Source: a virus
Taxonomy: Duplodnaviria; Heunggongvirae; Uroviricota; Caudoviricetes
Virus record (IMG/VR): IMGVR_UViG_3300005337_000004
Coordinates: 1 to 60,744 of that record
Length of the DNA: 60,744 nt
Direction: 5' to 3' (one strand)
The notes beneath the pieces were generated by a model. It searched no databases. It worked only from the letters and a program-made list of their open reading frames with translations, and was not told the DNA's origin. Numbering within the stretch: position 1 is the first letter of the stretch; every line of letters starts with the position of its first letter. Positions 17,704-25,571 of this stretch are shown in pieces. The translations under genes were made by a program, and so were the position numbers.

Positions 17704-18554
17704 GGCGCGTACCCCGAATCGCCGACCACCTGGCCGCAGCGCCGATCTGGTGCCGGGCTGCGCGTACCACGCAGCAGCGCCGAGAGCGTCGATACCGGCA
17801 CCCCCGCATCGGCAGCGACGGCGCTGAGCGTTTCGCCGGCGGTGTACCGCGCGCGCAGCACCTCGACCTCGGACGCGGTAAGACGCGCCTTGCCTGCGCT
17901 GTCGACTGAGCTTCGCTGCCGGGTGTCCTTCCGCCACGGCCTCTTAGGTGCCGTTTCGCCCTGATGCCACGCTTTGTAGAACCGGCTCCGCGCCTGAACG
18001 ATGAGGCTGCAAAACGTCATGTAGGTCGAGCCGATCGATGTCGCCGCGTTGGTGTAGTCCTCATAGACGGCCAGCGCGGTCAGCGCCTCACGCTGACGCT
18101 TGGTCAGGAGCGGCAGGACCTGGTAGAGGGCGGTGCGCTCAACGACACGGTTTTCCGGCGACGGGCTGGGGCAGGTCGTCCAGTACCGCTCGTAACCGGG
18201 GGCGCTGCGACCAATATGGAGCTGGTCGCGGCCGAGGTGCCGCATCTCGGCTTTGACGTGACTGTCGGCGGCAAAAATTCCGGTGGTGAGCAGCGACCGG
18301 CGGCTCGGTGCTGTTTCCGCAACGAGGAGATCTTCGGCGATGGCGTGCCAGATTGCGGCGTAGCGTTCGTCGGTATCGCCGCCGTTCCAGCGGTCCATGC
18401 GCAGCGCCTGCCGGGCGATGGCGTCGATGTCGGCAAGGGTGTAGCCGTGCATCGGGTCGGCGGGCGCGGCCGGCGGTGCGGGCGGCTCGCCCTGGGGTGC
18501 CGGTGTGATTTTCCAGCCGCGCACCTGGGCGGCGGACGGCATGCTTTTGCGCAT
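17700..18554 (-). CDS. sigma-70 region 4-like regulator with extra C-terminal HTH
   Basis: SPENRVVER.AL.QVLPLLTKRQREAL...ARSRF; second HTH GETLSAVAADAGVPVSTLSALLRG. Confidence 0.65.
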   Translation of the reverse strand: MRKSMPSAAQVRGWKITPAPQGEPPAPPAAPADPMHGYTLADIDAIARQALRMDRWNGGDTDERYAAIWHAIAEDLLVAETAPSRRSLLTTGIFAADSHVKAEMRHLGRDQLHIGRSAPGYERYWTTCPSPSPENRVVERTALYQVLPLLTKRQREALTALAVYEDYTNAATSIGSTYMTFCSLIVQARSRFYKAWHQGETAPKRPWRKDTRQRSSVDSAGKARLTASEVEVLRARYTAGETLSAVAADAGVPVSTLSALLRGTRSPAPDRRCGQVVGDSGYAP

Positions 18555-18615
18555 TTCAGTCCTCACCGAAGTCGGTGTACATCTCAGCCTTTATGATCCG
18601 TCGGCCGGTTCGGCA

Positions 18616-19053
18616 TCAGCGCCCGTTCAGGTAGGACTGTGCGTGGTTCAGCTCCCAGCCGCGCACGTCCCCGTCGGAGATGTCCTGGCGGATGTGGTGG
18701 GCTGCCGGGATGCGGCGGTTGCAGTCGGCCTCGATCTCGGTGGCGGCCTCGGGGTGAGCGGCGGTGAACGCAGCCCAGTTGGCGGCCCGCAACACCTCAC
18801 GCTCGGCCTGCCACACCAGGCGGGCGGCCTCGGCAGCCGTCAGCGTCCAGCCGGTCAGCACCTTCACGCAGCCGCGACCGACAGTCATATCCTCACCGGC
18901 CGGGTTGGTCACGGTGTAGCAGTGCTTGAGGGTGCGTGCGCAGTGGTCGCAGATGCCGCCGTCGGCGGTCTTGCCGGTGATGCGCCAGTCGGTGGTGCCG
19001 AGGCGGGGGTAGGCGATGTCCGGGGCGGTCGTGATGGTGGTCTGGGTGGTCAT
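18616..19053 (-). CDS. hypothetical protein with CDHC motif
   Basis: ICDHCARTLKH...VGRGC. Confidence 0.7.
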   Translation of the reverse strand: MTTQTTITTAPDIAYPRLGTTDWRITGKTADGGICDHCARTLKHCYTVTNPAGEDMTVGRGCVKVLTGWTLTAAEAARLVWQAEREVLRAANWAAFTAAHPEAATEIEADCNRRIPAAHHIRQDISDGDVRGWELNHAQSYLNGR

Positions 19054-19079
19054 CGTCGTCTCCCTCAACGCAACGTTTC

Positions 19080-19193
19080 TGTGTACACAAAAACTACGCC
19101 TCAGCGCTCGCCGGCGCAAGAGGTTCGGCGCTATTCTTGTGTACACAGAAACCGGCGACACGGAAGGTTCATGATCGTGGGAGTGTGGACACA
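19080..19193. promoter_or_regulatory. Three palindromic operator-like sites
   Basis: TGTGTACACA at 19080 and 19138, TGTGGACACA at 19184; last two followed by GAAACC. Confidence 0.7.
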
Positions 19194-19221
19194 GAAACCC
19201 GGCTCCGATAGAAGTGAGCCC

Positions 19222-19446
19222 ATGGGGCGACCTGCAACTGGCAAGACACCGATCCAGCATGTCCGCGCGCCGAAAGAAGAGTGGGACATCTACAAGGGCG
19301 CGGCCGGCTTGGTAGGTAGCGACGCCTCGAAGATCACACGCGAGTTCGTCCGCTGGTTTACCCGGCAGCCCGGCGCGAAACTCCCGCAACGACCAACCGT
19401 CGAACAGATCGCCGAGGTCGTTGGCAAGCGGGAGTCCGAACAGTGA
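19222..19446 (+). CDS. ribbon-helix-helix DNA-binding protein
   Basis: MGRPATGKTPIQHVRAPKEEW...SKITREFVRWF. Confidence 0.7.
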   Translation: MGRPATGKTPIQHVRAPKEEWDIYKGAAGLVGSDASKITREFVRWFTRQPGAKLPQRPTVEQIAEVVGKRESEQ

Positions 19447-20042
19447 CCGAGGTCGTTTACGTCATCGGCGCCTGCGGATCGCCACGCGCCAAGATAGGCC
19501 GGTCCAAGAGCGTCGGAACGCGCCTGGGCACTATCCAGCGCATGAGTCCGATCCCGCTGTCAATCCTCTGGCAAACAGATGGCGGATCCGAACTGGAGTC
19601 CGCCCTCCATCGCCGCTTCGATGCCCACCGCGTCCACGGCGAATGGTTCGATTTTGGCGACAGGGACCCGGCAGTCGAAGTCGCGGCGGCAGTCGATGGC
19701 ATCCGGGCAGAATTGACAGAAGCAGCCACAGCAGCCGAGGAGAGAGAACGTCGCAGGCGCGAACGGCGCCAACCGGCAAACTACGGCGAGGCACTGCGGT
19801 TCCTTGACGAGGCCACCGTAAGAGTTCTACGGCTCCGCACTGCACTGGCTGAAGCCGAGACGGAAGCAACCGAGGCGGTAGCCGCAGCCCTGAAGTCCTG
19901 CCTCGCCGCCGGCGCCAACCGCACCGAGGTTCAGAAGCACTCGCCGTTCAGCCCGCCGACCGTGCGCAAAATCGGCGAGGACGCTGGGATCGCGCCGGAC
20001 GAGCGATACGTGCGGTCCATCAAGGACAAGCCCGAGTCCTGA
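19443..20042 (+). CDS. T5orf172/MUG113-like GIY-YIG domain fused to C-terminal HTH
   Basis: VYVIG...KIGRS...RL..IQ...LESALHRRF...GEWF. Confidence 0.8.
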   Translation: MTEVVYVIGACGSPRAKIGRSKSVGTRLGTIQRMSPIPLSILWQTDGGSELESALHRRFDAHRVHGEWFDFGDRDPAVEVAAAVDGIRAELTEAATAAEERERRRRERRQPANYGEALRFLDEATVRVLRLRTALAEAETEATEAVAAALKSCLAAGANRTEVQKHSPFSPPTVRKIGEDAGIAPDERYVRSIKDKPES

Positions 20043-20103
20043 CCCGCCAACGCCCGGCCGCACTGTCGCAGCCGGGCGTTTTCGTGCTTAGACGACGGCC
20101 GCC

Positions 20104-20430
20104 TCAGAACATCCCGCCGATCTCGTGGAACCCGGCCGCACACTCCCGCAGCCGCCCCGCCAAGCTCGCCACACCCTCGGGCCGCTCCTCGTCGTCGAGG
20201 TCCGCCATCCACTCGCCGATCAGCGTCTCGGCAACCTGCGCAGCCGACGCCAGCGCCATCGACAGATCCAACGCCAGGCAACCCGGATCCAGGGAGCGCA
20301 CGCCGGGCAGTCTCTCGGCCATGCGGCGGGTCAACTCTTGAACCACACGGCCGTCGGAATCCACGGTCTTGGCGCGGATGGCGTCGAACAGGTCGGCGTT
20401 CACCCAGGGCTCGAAATCGGTGTCGGTCAT
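20104..20430 (-). CDS. hypothetical protein
   Basis: ATGA overlap with Panacea gene. Confidence 0.65.
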   Translation of the reverse strand: MTDTDFEPWVNADLFDAIRAKTVDSDGRVVQELTRRMAERLPGVRSLDPGCLALDLSMALASAAQVAETLIGEWMADLDDEERPEGVASLAGRLRECAAGFHEIGGMF

Positions 20431-20900
20431 GATGCTCCTTCAGTCACGTCGCACGCGGCAGCAACCAGCACCTCGAAGTGCTCAGCAATCTCGTCCGTTC
20501 GAAGCTGCTCGCTGCTACGCTCCAGCACGCCCACGCCGGCCCGCTCACGGGCCAGCAGCCATGGCGGTTCCCCGTGGGTCATCTGCGACAGGACATGCGC
20601 GCTAAGGCCACCCAGGCTCTCAAGGACGATGTCGACCGACTCCCGCTCGCCGTCGTCAAGCGCGCCCGGATCGCCGTCAATGTCGCCGTCGTTCAGTTCG
20701 AACCGGCCGCGGTGCTGCTGGTACAGCACTGGGGCGACCGGGCCGTTCGCCCACGCCTCAAAAGGCTCGTCAAACAGCGGCCGGTCCTCCCACGCCAGGT
20801 GGTAGCCGTTTGCGTAGTAGCAAAGCCTGTGAAGTTTCATCGCGGTCATCGGGCCAGCCTGTTTCAGCACGTGCGCGGCAACGTCGGCTATCCGGGTCAT
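20427..20900 (-). CDS. Panacea-domain (DUF4065/SocA-like) antitoxin
   Basis: MKLHRLCYYA..HL...PLF.EPFEAWANGPV..LY; LSQMTHGEPPW..AR. Confidence 0.85.
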   Translation of the reverse strand: MTRIADVAAHVLKQAGPMTAMKLHRLCYYANGYHLAWEDRPLFDEPFEAWANGPVAPVLYQQHRGRFELNDGDIDGDPGALDDGERESVDIVLESLGGLSAHVLSQMTHGEPPWLLARERAGVGVLERSSEQLRTDEIAEHFEVLVAAACDVTEGAS

Positions 20901-21406
20901 GACGGGTCCGCATCCGGATCGTGAACCGGGCACCCAACAGTCAGCACGCCGTCGCGCACAAGCTTGTCGTCCGGCTGGTAGGTGTGCGGACACTCGCACG
21001 CCGGCCGCGGCGGCGCGTCAGCGAACGGAAGCCCCTTCTCCCACGAGGCCTCTATCAGCCACCGTCCGGGGTGCCGGATGAACTTCTGTTCCCGGCCCGT
21101 GTCCTTGCAGAAGTCCCGGAACTCCTCGGCCGCGGCAAGGATCGCCGCCGGGTCGGCGCCGTCGCTGATTTGCTTGGCGTAACGGGTTCGGGCGTGTGCC
21201 TTGCTGACCTTGCGCGGGTAGACGCGCCAGAACTCTTCGAAGGTGCCGACGAGCGGGTCCGGCAGTACCGGGGTCACGCGCCGTTGTCTCGGAACCGGTT
21301 CCAACGACGGTTCGGGATTCGCGGGCTGATCGCAAGGTTCCGGCACCGCGTTCAGTTCGAGCTGCGAAGTTGGCGGCTGTACGTAAAACAGCAGGTCGTC
21401 GGACAT
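20897..21406 (-). CDS. phage replication-associated protein (initiator C-terminal-like domain)
   Basis: FEEFWRVYPRKVSKAHA...FIRHPGRWL. Confidence 0.7.
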   Translation of the reverse strand: MSDDLLFYVQPPTSQLELNAVPEPCDQPANPEPSLEPVPRQRRVTPVLPDPLVGTFEEFWRVYPRKVSKAHARTRYAKQISDGADPAAILAAAEEFRDFCKDTGREQKFIRHPGRWLIEASWEKGLPFADAPPRPACECPHTYQPDDKLVRDGVLTVGCPVHDPDADPS

Positions 21407-21418
21407 GGTTCCTCCTGA

Positions 21419-22453
21419 CTAGAACGTGCCTTCGTAGGCATCAGGATCGGTGGGGTTCTGCCAGCCCACGTGCCCGCCCTTCGGCGGGCGGTAGGCGTCG
21501 GCATCGGGGTTCTCATACGTGCGGTGCCCGGTTGCTTTGACAAGCGGCGGCTTGATGACGAACTCCTTTTGAAGCCGATACCGCCACACGAGAAAGCGGC
21601 TGTCGGCCCCGTCCAGGCCGGCTTCGCACTTGGCTGCGAGTGCATCGTGAGTCCAACCCTCAACAAGCCACCGGGCGACGTCGTTGGCGAGCATGGCCCG
21701 TTCCAGGGGGCTGGGCTGCCGGTCGTGCGGGAGCTTGTCAACGAAGATCCGTGCCTGCTTCATCGTTTCGTCGTCGGCGACGAAGTCGACGACCTTCCCG
21801 GCCGGTGCATGGCGGGTCGGGATGTTTTCCCCGCCCTCCCCCCCCTCCTGCACCACCACCCCCTCCTCCGACGCGGGGAACCATTCGGGAGGTCCAGCGG
21901 CGGCGGGTGGGGGTGGTCGATCTAGAGGGGAGTTCTTACCTGAGGGGATAAGAGGGGTGGGGGTTAGCTCCTGGCTAACCCGTTCTGTAGCTGTGGGATA
22001 ACCCAAACGGCTGCTTGGGTTATCTGGGGGATAACCCATCCCCGTTGAATGGGTTAGCTGAGGGCTAACGCATTCGACCTCAGGTTGGGTTACCTCCTGG
22101 CTAACGCGCTCGGGGCGCGTGCACTGACCCCACAGCCCGTCGTGCGGGGCGTCCGGACACAAGACGGGGATGCGGTAGATGGCGTGCTGACCCGGGCGGC
22201 CGGCCATCTGTCGCCCCTTATGAACGGCGTACTCCAAAACGTTCTTGCGCTTGAGTGCGTCCAGGGCTACGCGCCAACTGTCCGCCTTCTTGCCGACTCG
22301 ACGCAGGATGTAGTCGGCGTGGACGGACTTGAAGGTCTCGCGGGTGACGTCGTTGGCGTTCTCCGCTAGGACGATCAGATCGTCGCGCTCGCCCTTGGTC
22401 AGCCCTGCGTCCTGCCAGTGGTTCATGACCTCGACGATTAGCTTGACGCCCAT
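21419..22453 (-). CDS. replication initiator 1 (N-terminal HTH, internal iterons)
   Basis: Lambda-O-like layout: HTH, repeat-encoded linker (RVSQEVTQ/RVSQELTP), helical C-terminus. Confidence 0.7.
   Translation of the reverse strand: MGVKLIVEVMNHWQDAGLTKGERDDLIVLAENANDVTRETFKSVHADYILRRVGKKADSWRVALDALKRKNVLEYAVHKGRQMAGRPGQHAIYRIPVLCPDAPHDGLWGQCTRPERVSQEVTQPEVECVSPQLTHSTGMGYPPDNPSSRLGYPTATERVSQELTPTPLIPSGKNSPLDRPPPPAAAGPPEWFPASEEGVVVQEGGEGGENIPTRHAPAGKVVDFVADDETMKQARIFVDKLPHDRQPSPLERAMLANDVARWLVEGWTHDALAAKCEAGLDGADSRFLVWRYRLQKEFVIKPPLVKATGHRTYENPDADAYRPPKGGHVGWQNPTDPDAYEGTF
21961..22107. repeat. Five 21-bp palindromic iterons, putative origin 1
   Basis: GGGTTA(G/T/C)C-N5-G(C/A)TAAC(C/G)C at 21961, 21984 (half-degenerate), 22017, 22051, 22087. 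Confidence 0.8.
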
Positions 22454-22509
22454 TAGCGAACCACCGCCCCGCAGGCGATAGATGATGCTATGGTGGTCTT
22501 GAACTCCAT
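22453..22509 (-). CDS. 18-aa leader ORF coupled to initiator 1
   Basis: AGGAG 7 nt before ATG; its TAA overlaps the initiator ATG (TAATG). Confidence 0.4.
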   Translation of the reverse strand: MEFKTTIASSIACGAVVR

Positions 22510-22857
22510 ATGTGCGCTCCTGCTTTCGAGATGGCGGGTCGTACTTTCGGCGAGGGTGGTGCCTCGTCGTCCTGATACCGGCCCTTCGTGGCCGGTATCG
22601 GTGTTTCTGTACGAAAATCTTACCGTGATCAGGGTGCTGCTGGGCCCCAAAACACCGACTCTGACCTGCTCCGGAGCACCTTTACGATCACTTTGCCAAG
22701 CGGTATGGACCACCACCCACTCAGGGTGATGAGTCCAGCGCAAACCAGCCCGATCAACACCGCCCACGGCTACCGTGTAACCAGCCCCGACCTGCGGTTT
22801 CCGCAACACCCAGACACCGCACGCGGGCATCATCGGGTTTTGATCCAGGAGGTACGG

Positions 22858-23247
22858 ATGCGTCGCATGCCCATTGCGTCTGCCGCAGTTGTTCTGGTGC
22901 TCGCCGTGTGTGCGAGCTCCCGTAGCGATGTGGCTGTTCAGTTCACGGGCCCCGAGCCGGCCAGCAACTCCACGGCCCAGCCGCCCGTGTGCACCCTGGC
23001 CCCGACAGGCGACGTGATTGTGCGCGTGGTCGTGCCGGGTCTGCCGGCGTTCGCGATGCGCATGGGCGGTATCGATCAGGTCCGCTGCGCGACGATGTTC
23101 GATGTGATTGCCAGGACCACCACGTCCGCGCCGGGTTACTGCACGACCGTTGCTTGGTTGCAGGACAACGCCGGCTGCGACTTCGGCTTCGTACCCGCAC
23201 CGCCGCCGCGGGACGTGCAGGTGTCCGCTGGTGGCGGCTGCGGCTGA
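22858..23247 (+). CDS. putative lipoprotein/exported protein, paralog of 23932-24354
   Basis: AGGAGG RBS; signal peptide with atypical LAVC; shared Cys pattern. Confidence 0.65.
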   Translation: MRRMPIASAAVVLVLAVCASSRSDVAVQFTGPEPASNSTAQPPVCTLAPTGDVIVRVVVPGLPAFAMRMGGIDQVRCATMFDVIARTTTSAPGYCTTVAWLQDNAGCDFGFVPAPPPRDVQVSAGGGCG

Positions 23248-23343
23248 TGAGCGGATCAGCAACGATCCGGACACGGGCCGTAGCATCAGGGCGTCGGGCC
23301 CGTAGCGTGGCCGGGTCTGTCGTCGATCCCTGGGGGGATTCAC

Positions 23344-23922
23344 ATGCGCCGAACCCTGTCCGCTGCCGCCGCGGTCGCGCTCGCTACGGGACTCACCGCC
23401 TGCTCGTCGAGCAAGGTCAGCACCACGCCGGCTAACAGCCCCACCGTGCCAGCTGCCGCCGCACACAGCACCGCACCATCCACGGCCGCCACCACGTCGG
23501 CGTCGCAGAAGAAAGCCGGCCTCGGCGACACCATTGAGATCAGCGGCCGGGACACCAAACTCGCCGTGACCCTCGTGAAGATCGTCGACCCGGCGAAGGG
23601 GTCCGACGACATCATCGTTCCCGACGCGGGCAAGCACTTCGTTGCCGTTCAGGTCCGCATCGTCAACAAGGGCCAGAAGGTGTACTCCGACGACCCGGCC
23701 GCCGACGTGAAGGTCAAGAACGCGGTCGGCGAGACGATGAGCATCGCGTTCGCCACGACCACGGCCGGGGCGGACATGCCGAACAGCGTGGATCTGACGC
23801 CGGGCGATACGGCGCTGGGTTTCGTCGACTTCCAGGTCCCGGACGGCCAGAAGATCGCCCAGGTGCAGTATGCGCTGCTCAGTTTCGGCGGCGACTCCGT
23901 TGCGCAGTGGACGATCGGCTAG
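23344..23922 (+). CDS. DUF4352-like lipoprotein
   Basis: Lipobox LTAC; GLGDTIEI, GKHFVAVQVRIVNKG, LTPGDTALGFVDFQVP. Confidence 0.8.
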   Translation: MRRTLSAAAAVALATGLTACSSSKVSTTPANSPTVPAAAAHSTAPSTAATTSASQKKAGLGDTIEISGRDTKLAVTLVKIVDPAKGSDDIIVPDAGKHFVAVQVRIVNKGQKVYSDDPAADVKVKNAVGETMSIAFATTTAGADMPNSVDLTPGDTALGFVDFQVPDGQKIAQVQYALLSFGGDSVAQWTIG

Positions 23923-23931
23923 GGGGCTGAC

Positions 23932-24354
23932 ATGCGACGTGTACTGATTTTCGCCGCCGCTGGTCTTGCGCTGGCCGGCTGCTCCAGCAGCGCCAGCAAG
24001 CCCGCTGCCGCCCCGGCCGCGACCAGTGTTGCGACTACCGCAACACCCCCGGCCGACTCCAGCACCAGCCAACCGCCAGCACCTGCCGAAACCTGCGCCA
24101 CACCGTTGCCGGACCGCGGCGACATCATCGAGTGGCAGAAGGCGCCCGGCCTGCCGGACTCCGCTCTGGAACTCGGCGGCACGGATCCGGAGCATTGCGT
24201 GCTGACGTTCGACACGCTGAAGACGTCGTCGCCCACTGGCAGCGGGTACTGCACCGAGGCAGCTTGGGTGTCGGACAATCCGAACTACAACCCGGATGCT
24301 GTACCGGCTCCGAGGCTGGAGAAAGTCCAGGTCACGATCGGGGACTGCGGCTGA
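23932..24354 (+). CDS. lipoprotein with four conserved Cys
   Basis: Lipobox LAGC; GYCTEAAW...GDCG C-terminus. Confidence 0.8.
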   Translation: MRRVLIFAAAGLALAGCSSSASKPAAAPAATSVATTATPPADSSTSQPPAPAETCATPLPDRGDIIEWQKAPGLPDSALELGGTDPEHCVLTFDTLKTSSPTGSGYCTEAAWVSDNPNYNPDAVPAPRLEKVQVTIGDCG

Positions 24355-24484
24355 GATGGGACGCCCGGTGGCGGTCACTGATGCTGTAACGCCGCATGTG
24401 ACCAGCAGATCTTGCAAAAAAGTGAAGGCACCAAAGTATGAGGTGGCACTGACAGATGCCGCACGGCGCCGATACTCTCGAAAG

Positions 24485-24739
24485 GTGACCGCGCTCCCGA
24501 TCGAATCAGACCACCTTCCGCCGGTGCCGAACACTGTCGCCGGGATCCGCGCACTCCTGCCTGCGAACCGCCGAGCCGAGTTCGACGCCGAGCTGCTGGC
24601 CGCAGTCGACACCGAGAACCTCGACAAGATTCGGGCGTTCCGCGAGCGCTGGTGGATTCTTGCGGCGTTCGAGACGGACCCGGCGCTGCACAACATTCCG
24701 GAGGGTGAGCAGATGTTCCCCTCCCCGATCCCGCGGTGA
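24485..24739 (+). CDS. DUF6247-like protein (putative antitoxin)
   Basis: TVAGIRALLPANRRAEFDAEL...ERWW; start uncertain. Confidence 0.6.
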   Translation: MTALPIESDHLPPVPNTVAGIRALLPANRRAEFDAELLAAVDTENLDKIRAFRERWWILAAFETDPALHNIPEGEQMFPSPIPR

Positions 24740-24987
24740 CCTACTGGGAAGACCTGTGGTCCGGGACGGCGCTTGCGCAGTACGAGGCGCTTCCGCTTGC
24801 CGCCCGGGACCAGGTCGACGCGTGTGTTCGGGAGATCCGCCGGGATCCGCACGGCGCTGGCGAGGAATTGCCGGTTCAGATGAGTAGGCCGCTGTACGGC
24901 GCGCGGGCCGGGTTGGTGAACGTCGTGTACCAAATTGACGAGATCGGCGAGCCCGTGTTGATCGTGCGGGTTGTGGACCGCGGGTAG
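24736..24987 (+). CDS. RelE/ParE-like protein (putative toxin)
   Basis: WSGTALAQYEALP...REIRRDP...VVYQI...LIVRV; GTGA overlap. Confidence 0.6.
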   Translation: MTYWEDLWSGTALAQYEALPLAARDQVDACVREIRRDPHGAGEELPVQMSRPLYGARAGLVNVVYQIDEIGEPVLIVRVVDRG

Positions 24988-25052
24988 GACTACGTCGTGA
25001 CCGACTTCGAACCGATCCTTCGTGACGCCAACCGCCGTCTAACAGCCGACCG

Positions 25053-25499
25053 CTAGTCGGCTGGGTCGTCGCGCCGCTTCAGCATCTCGTCCGCCATCGC
25101 CTGGGCCTGCTTTCGGGCCGCTTCGGCATGCTCCCGGTAGACGTCGACGAGCGTGGCCTTCAACTCGTCCGGGAGGTGCTCAAAGCCGATGATCTCCCGA
25201 GCCGGGTCGTTCGCCACGAAAGCCTCTTCACCCTCTGCCGCCGCCAACCTGGACATGGCACCGGCAACCTTCAGGTAACCGCTCGCACCCAAAGCCTCGG
25301 ACTCCGGAACGCCAAGGATCTCCGCAACGAGGAGGGCCGTTTCCGCGTCGGGTCGCGAATCCCCGTTCAGCCACCGACTTGCGGCGGTCTTGCCGAACCT
25401 CCCCTGGCCGCGGGCAACCAACTCGGCTGCATCGATACCCGCTTCAGCCATCCGGTCGGTAAGCCACTTGCCCCACAGCTCGGCTTCGTCGTTCGGCAT
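25053..25499 (-). CDS. XRE-family HTH regulator (repressor-like)
   Basis: GKTAASRWLNGDSRPDAETALLVAEILGV. Confidence 0.8.
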   Translation of the reverse strand: MPNDEAELWGKWLTDRMAEAGIDAAELVARGQGRFGKTAASRWLNGDSRPDAETALLVAEILGVPESEALGASGYLKVAGAMSRLAAAEGEEAFVANDPAREIIGFEHLPDELKATLVDVYREHAEAARKQAQAMADEMLKRRDDPAD

Positions 25500-25571
25500 G
25501 ACGCCCTCCCCCAGGCAGCTTTTAGGGGTCAACGTAGCAACGGGGAGCGGAAGCGCAACGGTGGCGAAGGA

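Noticed and set aside
22726-22745. GTGATGAGTCC hammerhead-like string
   Set aside because: Core is GUGAUGA and no matching GAAA junction exists
23244-23272. CTGATGAG followed by a 6-bp hairpin, resembling a hammerhead
   Set aside because: Stem is followed by GACA, not GAAA, and no stem III/NUH can be built; CTGATGA overlaps a stop codon
22453-24933. 826-aa minus-strand ORF
   Set aside because: Antisense shadow of the lipoprotein and TA genes; only its last 18 codons have an RBS
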